A stretch of 63,997 nucleotides of DNA from Opitutia bacterium (GTDB lineage: Bacteria; Verrucomicrobiota; Verrucomicrobiia; Opitutales; T3Sed10-336): positions 1 through 63,997 of the forward strand of contig JBJHCF010000031.1 in the NCBI GenBank assembly GCA_050506795.1, in the 5' to 3' direction. The notes below the pieces were generated by a model. That model was not told where the DNA came from. It ran no database searches and was given only the letters and a program-made list of their open reading frames with translations. The translations under genes were made by a program, and so were the position numbers. This document shows positions 29,673 through 39,785 of this stretch, in pieces. Each line of letters starts with the position of its first letter. Positions within the stretch are counted from its first letter, which is position 1.

Positions 29673-30302
29673 TCACTCCCACAACTCCAATCCCCGGATA
29701 CCATTCACCACAAACTGCACCGCAACAGCGGAGAACAGAAGCCCCATCAGGCGGCGCAGAACCCGTAGCAGTATGGGATTCAGCCAACCGGCGCCGTGGG
29801 CCGCCCCCTTGAGAATCCAGAAGATCAGGAAATAGACTAGGGGTATCGCCAGGAACAGTGCTCCGGTATGAGCCCAGGTGATCGCCTGGGTCTGGAGAAT
29901 GATGATGGTGGAAATCGCCCCGGGACCGCAGAGCAAAGGAACGGCCAGGGGGGTGATGGCGATATCCTCCTTATCGGCGGCCAACTGCTCCTCCTCCTCC
30001 GTCAGCCTCGAGGGCTGCTGCGGCGCGCGCACCATTTCAAAAGCGATAAAGAAAAGAATCACCCCGCCGGCGATCTGGAACGCCGGCAGACCAACGCCCA
30101 TTACGGTGAAGATGAACTGACCCGTGGTGGCAAAGAAGAGGATCACCAACGCCGCCACCAAACAGGCGATCCGCGCCATACGCGTGCGGGTCGCAGGGGT
30201 ATCCGTCGGCGTCATGGCCAGAAACAACGGCACCGTGGAGAACGGATTGATTATCACAAAGAGTGAAAACGGCGCGAGAATAGCAAATTCGAGAACGGAC
30301 AT
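29673..30302 (-). CDS. MarC-family membrane protein
   Basis: LFVIINP, AFQIAGG, DIAITPLAVPLLCGPGAIS, RLMGL..AVQF..GI. Confidence 0.92.
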   Translation of the reverse strand: MSVLEFAILAPFSLFVIINPFSTVPLFLAMTPTDTPATRTRMARIACLVAALVILFFATTGQFIFTVMGVGLPAFQIAGGVILFFIAFEMVRAPQQPSRLTEEEEQLAADKEDIAITPLAVPLLCGPGAISTIIILQTQAITWAHTGALFLAIPLVYFLIFWILKGAAHGAGWLNPILLRVLRRLMGLLFSAVAVQFVVNGIRGLELWE

Positions 30303-30469
30303 CCCAGTTGAAGAAAAGAACCCGCGCACCCGCGCGAGTCGAGCAAAACCGGGTCTATCCCACATATCGACGATTTGGAGAATTGGAAACCCTTGGTCTG
30401 CATTTCGATTTCGCCAAGCGGTCGCAGAACCTCTTGTGTTGCCTGAGTTGCTTTCGCGTCACAATTGAG

Positions 30470-31309
30470 TCATCCCCGGACACGGCTCAATTCCGACCGT
30501 CCCAAAAGACGTCGGCGCACGCGGTCTGAAACCTTCTCCAATCCTGTGATCAAAAGAACGATGCAAATAATCAAAGCCAGAGTATCCTCGTACCGGAGAA
30601 TACTGGTCGACAGGTTGAGTTCGAAGCCTAGTCCGCCGCCACCGTATACCCCAAGGGCGACCGCTGATCGCATATTGACGTCAAAGGCGTAGAACCAGTT
30701 GCCCAGGACTGATGGCGCACATTGGGGAAGGATGCCGTATCGAATCGTTTGCCACCTACTCGCGCCGATTGAGTCCAGACCTTCAACCGGTCCGGGTTCA
30801 ACGGACTCAATGGCATCGGCGAAAAGTTTGCCAAAAATTCCGATGGAACCGATCGCCAGCGAAACCATCGCCGCGAAGGGCCCGAATCCGATCGCGATGA
30901 GAAGAATCAGCAGCACGATAAAATTGGGTGTCGCGCGCTCGATGCCGAAGACCGCGCGTGTCACGCTGCCGATCCATGGATGCGGCGTCGTGTTGGCGGC
31001 CGCCAAAAGAGCGAGGCCAATGGAAAGACCGCCACCGAATAACGTTCCCAGAAAAGCCATGGCCACGGTTTCTCCGATGGAAGTCAACACCGCCGGCCGT
31101 TCGGTGAATATGGAGAAATTAGGAGGCAGCATTTCCGCGGCCAAAGCCCTGACAAACGGAAGATCGCGTATCAACTGCACCGGATTGAATTCCAGAACCG
31201 CGGCGGCACCTGTCAGAAACAGCAAAAACGCTCCCACGCCAATGAGGCGACGCGTACGCTTGCGCGAGGGATGTTCGCAACGCGGCAACAATTCCGAAAG
31301 CGCGGTCAT
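30470..31309 (-). CDS. phnE: Phosphonate ABC transporter permease PhnE
   Basis: ETVAMAFLGT, GKLFADAIE...GPVEG..SIGA, FDVNMRSA..LG..GGGGLG. Confidence 0.9.
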   Translation of the reverse strand: MTALSELLPRCEHPSRKRTRRLIGVGAFLLFLTGAAAVLEFNPVQLIRDLPFVRALAAEMLPPNFSIFTERPAVLTSIGETVAMAFLGTLFGGGLSIGLALLAAANTTPHPWIGSVTRAVFGIERATPNFIVLLILLIAIGFGPFAAMVSLAIGSIGIFGKLFADAIESVEPGPVEGLDSIGASRWQTIRYGILPQCAPSVLGNWFYAFDVNMRSAVALGVYGGGGLGFELNLSTSILRYEDTLALIICIVLLITGLEKVSDRVRRRLLGRSELSRVRG

Positions 31310-32124
31310 CGGAGCCCTCCATGATCGAGGATTCGTTTCCGCAAAAAGCGGGAAACCCGTTCGGCGCCGAAAACGAGGCCCAAGGTCACCAGGATCGCGG
31401 CCATAGCCCGCTCGTACTCCATCATGGCCATCGCATAGGTTAGCTCGTATCCGATTCCTCCCGCGCCCACCGCCCCCAGCAGGACCGAAGCACGAACGTT
31501 GATTTCAAAGCGGAGGAAAGTGTTGGCGATCAACGAAGGCAAAATTGCAGGAAAAACTGCATATCGGATGACCTGCCAACGCGTCGCCCCAACCGCCTCG
31601 ACGCTTTCGATGACTTCGGGCTCAATTTCCTCCACCGCATCGGCGATCAAGCGCCCCAGCATGCCGACACTGCCGATGGCGAGAGCAAGCACTCCGGGAG
31701 CCGGTCCCACACCCATGGCGGCCACCAACAACACCAGAATGATGATCTCGGGCAACGCACGCTCTATGCCGATCACCAGTCGCGCGGCGAAACGAAGGAA
31801 CGGCGAAGCCAGGTTCCCCGCCGCTGCCAAACCGAAAAAGAACGAAATGATCAACCCCAGGGGAGTCGCGACCAGCGCCAAAAAAACAGTGACCAACGCC
31901 GGCTCGACGAGGCCGGGAAGCGCACCCCAATCCGGCGGGAACATCAGTCGCAGAACGCCCAACCCCTCGCCGAAACCGGTAACCAACAGCATCAGGTCCA
32001 CATCACACAAGCGTGCGGCCACCACCACACAAACCGCCAGCGCCACAATCCAGGGAACCGATCGCAACCAGCGGTTTCGACCATAGGATTGAATCAGGAT
32101 TTCACGTTCCGTCGCCGCGCTCAT
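31306..32124 (-). CDS. phnE: Phosphonate ABC transporter permease PhnE
   Basis: RALPE, G.GP.PGVLAL, RFEINVRASVLLGAVGAGGIG. Confidence 0.9.
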   Translation of the reverse strand: MSAATEREILIQSYGRNRWLRSVPWIVALAVCVVVAARLCDVDLMLLVTGFGEGLGVLRLMFPPDWGALPGLVEPALVTVFLALVATPLGLIISFFFGLAAAGNLASPFLRFAARLVIGIERALPEIIILVLLVAAMGVGPAPGVLALAIGSVGMLGRLIADAVEEIEPEVIESVEAVGATRWQVIRYAVFPAILPSLIANTFLRFEINVRASVLLGAVGAGGIGYELTYAMAMMEYERAMAAILVTLGLVFGAERVSRFLRKRILDHGGLR

Positions 32125-32127
32125 CGC

Positions 32128-32970
32128 TTAAACCGAAACGGATGCCTGATTGGAGGAAGATTCCGCCTCACGAGCAGCTTCCCGCTTGATGTCGTCCAAT
32201 TCGTTCCCGTAAATCCGAGCCAGGACGGCGTCGCCGGTGTCGGGGGGGCCGTCATAAACCACGCGACCTTCACGTATTCCGATAAAACGAGTGCAATAAC
32301 CGGCCGCCAGAACCGGCTGGTGAAAGACCCCCAACACCGGAGACTGTTTCGCCAACGGCGCCAGCAGACGCATAATTCCCGAAGCGTTTCGAGGGTCCAG
32401 GCTGGAGACCGGTTCGTCAGCGAGGAAAAACCAGGGATCCTGATAGATCGCGCGGGCTATCGCCACCCGCTGCATCTCGCCGCCGCTGAGCTCACCCACA
32501 CGACGCGCAGCATGCTCTTCCACTCCCACCTGCCGCAGGGCCTCCCAGGCGGCCGCGGCCTGCCGGTCATTGAATCCGAGCACCCAACTCCGCAGCGGCG
32601 TCATGAATCCGAGTCGCCCCATCATCACGTTCTCCAGGACCGTCAACTGTTTGACCAGATTCAACCCTTGAAAAATGGTCCCCAGGCTTCGTCGCAACTC
32701 ACGCAAAGACGCGGGATTCATGATTGAAGTGTCGTATATCCGGCCCTCGGGAGTTCGCCAGATCACTTTTCCACCGCTCGGCTGTAAAAGCCCGAGCAAG
32801 GAACGCAACGTAAGCGATTTGCCGGCGCCGCTCGGCCCGAGTATGGCGACAAATTCTCCGGGGCCCACCTCAAAGGAAACCCCATCCAAAAGTTTCTTTC
32901 CATTGGGCAGGACCTTGATGATGCCGTCCACGGTCAGTCCGCGGGAGTTGGAATCGCTTAATGTCATCAT
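32128..32970 (-). CDS. phnC: Phosphonate ABC transporter ATPase PhnC
   Basis: GPSGAGKS, IFQ..NLV..LTVLENVMMGRLG, LSGGEMQRVAIARA, LADEPVSSLDP. Confidence 0.9.
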   Translation of the reverse strand: MMTLSDSNSRGLTVDGIIKVLPNGKKLLDGVSFEVGPGEFVAILGPSGAGKSLTLRSLLGLLQPSGGKVIWRTPEGRIYDTSIMNPASLRELRRSLGTIFQGLNLVKQLTVLENVMMGRLGFMTPLRSWVLGFNDRQAAAAWEALRQVGVEEHAARRVGELSGGEMQRVAIARAIYQDPWFFLADEPVSSLDPRNASGIMRLLAPLAKQSPVLGVFHQPVLAAGYCTRFIGIREGRVVYDGPPDTGDAVLARIYGNELDDIKREAAREAESSSNQASVSV

Positions 32971-32972
32971 TC

Positions 32973-33902
32973 TCAGCGAATCAGACGCATGTGTTCGACG
33001 TTGCGAGCGATCGACCGCAATTCGTTATACATCTCGTCTTCCCCCGGCAGATACACCAGGTCGCGGTCGGCGTATTGGCCCGATACCACAGCCCAGACTT
33101 CGGGAGCCCTCACAGGCAAGTCGACAAATGCCGATTGAATACGCATACGCAGTTCCTCCGAAAGCCCGCCTCGAACCGCGATGGCCCCGCTGGGAATCTT
33201 TGGAGACTCCCATATGACCCTCACATTCTCTTCTGAAATACGCCCATTTTCCATGAGACGGTTGTAGGCATTGACCGAAACCGCGGCCACATCCACCCGC
33301 CGTCCTCGAACGGTCAGGACCGACGCGCCGTGGTTCATGGCGAAAATCACCCGGCTGAAATGTTGTTCAGGGCGAATCCCGTGACTTTCCAGAAAAGCGC
33401 GCGGAATGAGGTGCCCCGAAGTCGATGCCGGATCCACAAAACTAAAGATCAACTCCGATCCGCGCTCGATGACGTCATCGACAGACCTAAGCCCGGTGTT
33501 CGGATGCGTGATCAGCAACGTGGTGTAAGCCCCGGGCCCATCCTCCACAGTCCCCCGCACCACGATCGCTTGCGCACCGGCCCGCTCGGAAGCGATGAGG
33601 TAGGCAAAAGGCGGGAGGTAGCAGACATCCAGCTTACGCGAGCGCATGGCCTCCACCGCCGGCGCATAGCTGCTGGTCTCCCGTAGGCGCACCGGCATAC
33701 CGAGCTCTTTTTCAAGATAGCCGCGCAACGCCTCGAACGAAGTCAGCACACGTTCCGGATCCTCATGCGAGGGAACAAAGCCCACCCGCAATTCCGTGAC
33801 CGGCGTTTCCTCATCACCCAGGTCGAACGCGTCCCGGGGCATCATGATCACCCATCCGGTCGCGGCGATGAAAATCAGACTGAACAGTATCTTGGTCACC
33901 AT
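32973..33902 (-). CDS. phnD: Phosphate/phosphite/phosphonate ABC substrate-binding protein PhnD
   Basis: LRVGFVP, Y...VEAM, FVDPASTSGHLIP, H..SV..V, W.SP.IP; start reassigned to MVTKILF. Confidence 0.9.
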   Translation of the reverse strand: MVTKILFSLIFIAATGWVIMMPRDAFDLGDEETPVTELRVGFVPSHEDPERVLTSFEALRGYLEKELGMPVRLRETSSYAPAVEAMRSRKLDVCYLPPFAYLIASERAGAQAIVVRGTVEDGPGAYTTLLITHPNTGLRSVDDVIERGSELIFSFVDPASTSGHLIPRAFLESHGIRPEQHFSRVIFAMNHGASVLTVRGRRVDVAAVSVNAYNRLMENGRISEENVRVIWESPKIPSGAIAVRGGLSEELRMRIQSAFVDLPVRAPEVWAVVSGQYADRDLVYLPGEDEMYNELRSIARNVEHMRLIR

Positions 33903-33904
33903 GG

Positions 33905-35530
33905 TCAAGCGGTCACCACCAGACTTCGAACCGCCCTGTCGGTTTGCCCGAACAGATCGGTTGTTTCCACCTCGATCGCGTACACACCTGCCGGAAGATC
34001 GGCGGGCAAACGGCTTTTCCACAGGTGACGGCAGGGTTGTGCCTGTGCCAACCGCCGGAAAGGTCTCTCCAAACTTTGACTCTCTTCCCGCATTTTCACG
34101 TAAAGCGGACAGGGCTCCATCGTCATTTCCATCGGCAGCCAATCCCCCTGATTCCCGAATCGAACGCGCACTTCCGACCGTTCCGAACCGCCGAAGACAT
34201 TGGCGAAAACCACGGTCTCTCCCAATTGCGATCGAAGAACCGATTCCGGGCAAACAATGTTGATTTGATAACCGGAATCCCGCCGCGAGGCTTTGTAGCG
34301 CAACGTGTAGCCATCACCGCGGAACCGGCATATGGTGTATCCGCGCGGAGCACCATCACGCATCGTGGCGTGCGGAACGCCGAGTTCGTCGGGTCCACCA
34401 CTCCACCAGGCGCCGCAGGTGGTGACATTTACCGAGTGGTGCAGCGGCTCACTTCCCTCCCAGCCATGCTCCGGTCCGAGGAAATTGTGTTCGTTCCAAT
34501 GGGTGTGGGCCGAGGTGGCGAAAAGAAGTCGACGATTACGCAAAGGCGCCAGCAAGGCTTCACGGTTGGTGACAAGGGTACGCGGACTTTCGCGTCCGCT
34601 GTCCAAAGGAATATGCATCACTAAAACAATCGGCTGATCCGGACTCAAGGTCCTGAGATCGTTCTCCACGAACGCCAGTTGAGCCGCGCTCACTTCGCCT
34701 TGGTAATCGTTGGTCGCGGGACCACCGCCCCAAACGACCGTATTGAGCACGATAAAGTGTACGGGGCCATAATTGAAGGCATAGTAATCCGGCCCGAAGT
34801 GAGCTTTATAACTATCCGCCGCATGGGTGTCATCCGCGGCGCCGAAATCAATGTCATGATTGCCGAAGAGATACCACATCGGCATACCGGCCTGTCCCAA
34901 CACCTTGCTGATGTCGCCGAAAAGGTCCGGACGATCGAAGACAATATCTCCAAGGCATAAAGAAAAAGCCGCACGACTCCGACGAAGCTCACTCACCAGA
35001 TCGTCCGCCAGGTAACGGATCTCACGCCGGTCGCGAACCTGCGGGTCGCCAAGGAACAGACAGGTGAAGTCCTCCGACTCCTGGTCTCTGATCAAAGGGA
35101 AATCAATGCGTTCAGGCAACGGTCCGGTTTTCGGCAAGCCTCCGCTATCGAGACCCGGAGAACCTTCCGGCGCGTGCACGTAATAAAAGCGAGGGGTATT
35201 CACCTCGGTCAATGGAGGTCTCCAGTTCCTGGGTTTAATGACAAAAAACACCGTGTGCGGATGATTCCGAAGCGGCAACGACCACTCCCCGCGGGACCCG
35301 GTGAGGACCACCTCTTCACCATTCGATACCGCGACGCCCGGGATGCCGGGGGAGTCAGGACCGTCTCCGGAGGACGCGTCATAAACCCGTCCTCCGGCCC
35401 ATACGGATTCCGATCCCGGCCGAGCCGCCAAGGAACGGGGGAACGTGCTTGCGGCAACCAGACCAATCCCACCGGCCACGGTCCGCCGCAATGCTTCACG
35501 TCGGCTAATCGGTTTGTCCATCGGATTCAT
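33905..35530 (-). CDS. Tat-exported calcineurin-like metallophosphoesterase with N- and C-terminal accessory domains
   Basis: SRREAL Tat motif; GIPGVAVSNG, GDPQ, LGDIVFD, GNHD, MHIP, AHTH, CGAWW, DGAPRGY. Confidence 0.9.
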   Translation of the reverse strand: MNPMDKPISRREALRRTVAGGIGLVAASTFPRSLAARPGSESVWAGGRVYDASSGDGPDSPGIPGVAVSNGEEVVLTGSRGEWSLPLRNHPHTVFFVIKPRNWRPPLTEVNTPRFYYVHAPEGSPGLDSGGLPKTGPLPERIDFPLIRDQESEDFTCLFLGDPQVRDRREIRYLADDLVSELRRSRAAFSLCLGDIVFDRPDLFGDISKVLGQAGMPMWYLFGNHDIDFGAADDTHAADSYKAHFGPDYYAFNYGPVHFIVLNTVVWGGGPATNDYQGEVSAAQLAFVENDLRTLSPDQPIVLVMHIPLDSGRESPRTLVTNREALLAPLRNRRLLFATSAHTHWNEHNFLGPEHGWEGSEPLHHSVNVTTCGAWWSGGPDELGVPHATMRDGAPRGYTICRFRGDGYTLRYKASRRDSGYQINIVCPESVLRSQLGETVVFANVFGGSERSEVRVRFGNQGDWLPMEMTMEPCPLYVKMREESQSLERPFRRLAQAQPCRHLWKSRLPADLPAGVYAIEVETTDLFGQTDRAVRSLVVTA

Positions 35531-35537
35531 CGCTGGT

Positions 35538-36410
35538 TCAAAATTCGTTATCCTGTGAACAGGCGCACGAGCTAATCGCCAACGTCTCCGTTTCAGCGAT
35601 CAACCGGCGATAGGATTCGACGGAATAATTCGGGCCGAACGCGAAAGGAGGCGTTTCGATACAGGGCACTCCATCAAAATCCATCGCCTCCATATTCTGA
35701 AAGACCCCAACCCAATCCACCAGCCCCCTGCCCGGCGCCAAATGCGAATCGCGATCACCGGCATTATCCGCCAAGTGAAACGCGATAATATCCTCGCCCA
35801 TTGCCTCAAAAAAGAGATGCGCGTTCTCGTGAGCCGCTACCAGAGCGTGACCGGTATCCAGGCAGAACCCAAGCCGCGCATGTCCGCAACGTTGCCGAAG
35901 CATCACAAAATGTTCCGGGTCCGAGCCAAACCGCCCCCCTTCCTTCCCGGGTAACATATTCTCCAACGCCAGGTTCATGCCCAAACGGTCCGCACGCGCT
36001 AACAACGTCGCCAGACTCTTCTCGATTTGCTCCAGAAAACGACCGATTCCTCTTTTCAAAGCGTCGCCCCGATAAGTTGATGGATGAAGAATGCCAACCG
36101 GGGCGCCCAATGCGGCCGCCCGTTCCATGGAACCTACAATCCTCACGACTGTTGCGGCCCGCTCTTCGTCATCAAACGCGGCAATATCGTCCTCGACCGC
36201 AAACGGCAGGTGGTAACTGCTAATCCACATCCCCGCCCGCTCGAGATCCGTCCGCATGCGCGCGAACTCCTTCGGTTCGGTGAGCGTGGAAAAATGGTTC
36301 TCACTTCCCTCCAGACAACGTATACCCGTCTCCTCAGACCAGATGCTTAAAGATTCCGGAAGTCTGGGGAAGTGGACGGTTGAAATGGAAAATTCAGGCG
36401 GCAAATTCAT
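35538..36410 (-). CDS. Sugar phosphate isomerase/epimerase (AP endonuclease 2 TIM barrel)
   Basis: S.HLPF, LALENM, CLDTGH, HLADN.G..D.HL.PG.G.VDW. Confidence 0.85.
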   Translation of the reverse strand: MNLPPEFSISTVHFPRLPESLSIWSEETGIRCLEGSENHFSTLTEPKEFARMRTDLERAGMWISSYHLPFAVEDDIAAFDDEERAATVVRIVGSMERAAALGAPVGILHPSTYRGDALKRGIGRFLEQIEKSLATLLARADRLGMNLALENMLPGKEGGRFGSDPEHFVMLRQRCGHARLGFCLDTGHALVAAHENAHLFFEAMGEDIIAFHLADNAGDRDSHLAPGRGLVDWVGVFQNMEAMDFDGVPCIETPPFAFGPNYSVESYRRLIAETETLAISSCACSQDNEF

Positions 36411-36762
36411 ACTTCATTTATCTCTGCTCAAAACCGGCTGAAAATCGAACTCAAACTTTTCCTTCCCGACAACTTTCTTGCACTCTAAGCATATTTTAAA
36501 TCTACCGGCCAATGGCGCTCATCTTGTGATCTCAATCGATAAACACGCTTCTCTACCAATCTTAACTAACTCTCCTTAGGGCCTTTAGTCACATTCCCTT
36601 CGACTCTAGAATACCTCCATACCAAGCATCCGCCCCGGTCCTCCAAATGGATTCGGCCTCAAGAGACCCGGCCTGGCGTAACCAGAATTTAACATATCCT
36701 CTCTGCATTCAGGCACCTGCGATTCCAAAAACATCATTGACCCGATCATCACCGCACTAACG

Positions 36763-36801
36763 TGTCACCTGCGCGTGACACGATCGTCATGATACCGTAA
36801 C
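36763..36801. promoter_or_regulatory. Pho-box-like array, four units
   Basis: TGTCAC(36763), CGTGAC(36774), CGTCAT(36785), CGTAAC(36796): exact 11-bp period in a divergent intergenic region. Confidence 0.6.
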
Positions 36802-36819
36802 GCATCCCTTCGGCATATC

Positions 36820-37914
36820 GTGCTAAAGTCACTTATCATGACCAATCATCAACTCGGAATCTTGATCTTCTTGCTACTGATACCAAGTCTAACAGTCAGC
36901 GCGGAACCGCTGGCGTATTGGTCCTTCGATGACGACTTCGCCTCGTTGAACGAGAGAACGACCTACGACGGAATACCAGTCAACGGAGCATCGATCGATC
37001 ACACTATGTCCCGATTCGGTCGCGGATCACTCCGCCTGGAACGCCCACGGGAACAATCACTACATATCCCTGCGTCGCCTTTCACCGACGGGAGCTTCAG
37101 TTATGCCATGTGGTTCTTCCTCGATCTCGACAGTCTCGGCGCCAATCAACGGTATTTTCTATTCGAAGCCAGCGACGGCGAAAACTGGCCGATATCATTG
37201 GGCTTGCGCAACTTGAACAACATTCCGGTCATCCAGGTCTTCACCCACGACGACGGCAGCCACCCATCCTCGACCCCCAACACAGCCGTTCCGATCGGCA
37301 ACGATCAACGCAAGTGGCGTCACGTGGCGGTTGGCTACAATGCCAAGACGCGTCGTCATAAAATTTTCCTCGACGGTGAAACCATAGCAGTACTTCCGCT
37401 TCGTCCCGACTCCACAGGAGTTTCGAATTCATCGTACCTCAACATCGGCTCTCATCGCCTTCCGAGGGGTCGCAACTGGCACGGTTGGATAGACGAAGTG
37501 GCTATTTGGGATCGGACGCTTAGCTATCGCGAAATCAAACTCCTGCAACGGATACCGCCCAATCTTCTGGGCCATTTTCGACATTCAGGGTACTCCGATT
37601 GGATAGAGCGTCTTGAACTCTATCCCGAACTCGCAATCCCCAAAGCGGATCCAGACGGCACCGGAACGACAAACCTCGAGCGTTACGCTCTTGTCAACCG
37701 CGCCAATGAACACGGAGGGCAAGTCCTTTCGATCACAAAGACCTCAATCGACGGGGCGAAAGGCATCCATATCATGGCCGAGAAGAACCCGGAGTCGAGG
37801 GGAGTGACCTATCTACTGGAAACCAGCGAAGACCTTGAAGATTGGCGAAAGTCCCAGGCGGAACGGATCGAGGATATTCCGGGAGTTCTGATCTGGGAAG
37901 AAGCCATCCCTTGA
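36820..37914 (+). CDS. Secreted LamG-like jellyroll protein with an apparently incomplete C-terminal domain
   Basis: Signal peptide; LAYWSFDD, WRHVAV.Y, IFLDG, LNIG, W.GWIDEVAIWDRTLS; then ADPDG.G.TNLERYAL and YLLETSEDLEDW; likely start ATG 36838. Confidence 0.8.
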   Translation: MLKSLIMTNHQLGILIFLLLIPSLTVSAEPLAYWSFDDDFASLNERTTYDGIPVNGASIDHTMSRFGRGSLRLERPREQSLHIPASPFTDGSFSYAMWFFLDLDSLGANQRYFLFEASDGENWPISLGLRNLNNIPVIQVFTHDDGSHPSSTPNTAVPIGNDQRKWRHVAVGYNAKTRRHKIFLDGETIAVLPLRPDSTGVSNSSYLNIGSHRLPRGRNWHGWIDEVAIWDRTLSYREIKLLQRIPPNLLGHFRHSGYSDWIERLELYPELAIPKADPDGTGTTNLERYALVNRANEHGGQVLSITKTSIDGAKGIHIMAEKNPESRGVTYLLETSEDLEDWRKSQAERIEDIPGVLIWEEAIP

Positions 37915-37976
37915 GTCTTGCATCCACGTCGTCCGTCGAACCTCGATGTCACTCGTTCTCCTTACAGGCGCTACTA

Positions 37977-38942
37977 CTACCGGAACGAAAGATTTAAATT
38001 CATGGGCCCCCAATTCGGCTGACGCTCCCCAAGACCCACAATCTCCATCACTCCATTGCCCGGGAATTTTACCAAAGCGGCGGCTTTGTCGGGTCCATTG
38101 ACCGTGGCCACGACGCCAATGTAATGAATGCCATTGATATTGAAATAACCTCCCGCGTGCCGGTGACCGTAAAAAACCGCCACCACATTGCCGCTCTCCT
38201 CGAACAATCGGCGAAGTTCCGACGCATTCGAAATCATATGATTTGGTGAGACACCATCGAGGCACTGATGCGAGAAAACGACCACCGGCAACCGGGAGTT
38301 CGCGGCATCCTCAAGTGTGTTTTTCATCCATTCGACTTGTTCCGAAGGAACGAATGCGTCCGTCCAATTGAAATTTCCTCGGTCGTAGGGAACTCCGTCC
38401 TGACGAAAATTCGGGTCGAGAACAACAAATCGGTAACCCCCACGATCGAAAAAATAGTGCGGTGCCTTAAACGTGCCTGAGGTGGCGGCGAGAAAATCCG
38501 CTTTCGAAAGGTTTCCCAAATCATGATTTCCCATCACGTAATGGATTGGTCCATCGAACTCCCGAAATACCCTATCCATGTCACCCAGCCACGACAACGA
38601 CATCGGGCGGCTGCCGCTTTCCTGAATCACATCTCCCAAATGTACCGCAAAACTCAGTTCGGCCTGATTGAAAACGCCAACCGATTCCTCAAGGTTTTCT
38701 TCTGAGGCTCTGAAATAACGCGGCCGATCCGTGTCCGCCAGGTCGCCAAAATGCGTATCCGCGACAAGCCCGAAGGAAATGGGATCAGGCGCCCCGAAGT
38801 CCTCCTCCAGTTTAAGACGCAGACGAAAGAAACGTCGGCTCTCGCCGCTGAGCGACACTCCCGGAAAGGCCACTGCCAGCCCACAAGCGGCAACTTGTTT
38901 CAAAAAACGACGGCGACAGGAACAATGAACCACTTGTGCCAT
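37977..38942 (-). CDS. Tat-exported metallophosphoesterase
   Basis: CRRRFLK Tat motif; ADTH, HLGD, MGNHD, FSHQ, YGHRH; start reassigned to MAQVV. Confidence 0.88.
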   Translation of the reverse strand: MAQVVHCSCRRRFLKQVAACGLAVAFPGVSLSGESRRFFRLRLKLEEDFGAPDPISFGLVADTHFGDLADTDRPRYFRASEENLEESVGVFNQAELSFAVHLGDVIQESGSRPMSLSWLGDMDRVFREFDGPIHYVMGNHDLGNLSKADFLAATSGTFKAPHYFFDRGGYRFVVLDPNFRQDGVPYDRGNFNWTDAFVPSEQVEWMKNTLEDAANSRLPVVVFSHQCLDGVSPNHMISNASELRRLFEESGNVVAVFYGHRHAGGYFNINGIHYIGVVATVNGPDKAAALVKFPGNGVMEIVGLGERQPNWGPMNLNLSFR

Positions 38943-39000
38943 ATTGGGACAATCGCGGAATCGAGTGCCAGTAGGTCTGCCGGGCTTTGCCGACAGACTC

Positions 39001-39750
39001 CTAAGGACATCGGGGGCTGTGGTGCAGACTCCGACGCAAATAATCATTCGTTTCCGCCCGGGTCACCCAACGGACACTTCCATCGGCGAAGCCCCAGTTC
39101 CAGCCCGCATCGCCGTGGTTGTTGGCCGGCTCAGGACAGTTGTTCAAATTCGGACCATCGTCGGCATCAAGCACCAGAACAGTTTGACTGGTAAGCCAAT
39201 ATGGAATCGTGCGAGGCGATTTAACCACGTCGCGAAGTTCACCCTGCGTATAAACGCCAAAATACTCGTAACTGTGGCCGCCACGGTCGTCATCTCTACC
39301 ACCACGCGCGTTTCGCTGCAAGTCACGACGGATTCCGGAGGAAACCAGTTCGCGATTAATCACGTTTCGTGTGCTGGGGCAAATGAAAACATCCAGATCA
39401 TCCACGTAATCCGGGTAGAGTGAATCCGGCGCGTCATCGGAACCAGTACTTGTCACCCACCAATACCCGGCTGTCGCCGAAGCCAGCCGCGGAGGAGGAT
39501 TGGTACCGGCATTCTCCTCGGCAAAAAGGAGCATACCATTCACTTGAGCCCGAATGTTACTGATGCATTTGCTGCGATTCGCCTGTTCCCTCACTGTGGC
39601 CACAACCGGGATCAGGATCATGGCGAGAATTCCGATGATTGCGATAACGGTCAGCAATTCTATCAAGGTGAATCCGTTCCGTTCGCCCCAATCTCCGCCT
39701 GGGGGAACTCGTGCCGGCGGATTGATATTATTCAAAAAGCGTATGTTCAT
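39001..39750 (-). CDS. Prepilin-type N-terminal cleavage/methylation protein (DUF1559/H-X9-DG-like)
   Basis: GFTLIELLTVIAIIGILA..IP....RE.A....C.SN.R; FICPS; C-terminal NHGDAGWNWGFADG. Confidence 0.9.
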   Translation of the reverse strand: MNIRFLNNINPPARVPPGGDWGERNGFTLIELLTVIAIIGILAMILIPVVATVREQANRSKCISNIRAQVNGMLLFAEENAGTNPPPRLASATAGYWWVTSTGSDDAPDSLYPDYVDDLDVFICPSTRNVINRELVSSGIRRDLQRNARGGRDDDRGGHSYEYFGVYTQGELRDVVKSPRTIPYWLTSQTVLVLDADDGPNLNNCPEPANNHGDAGWNWGFADGSVRWVTRAETNDYLRRSLHHSPRCP

Positions 39751-39785
39751 TTAATGGTCCTCACTTTGTGGTGCCGGGAACTCAT

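Noticed and set aside
32973..34253. Long N-terminal extensions on phnD (and likewise gcvT, panC and the MBL hydrolase)
   Set aside because: They overlap neighbouring genes and lack family motifs; artefacts of longest-ORF calling in GC-rich DNA.
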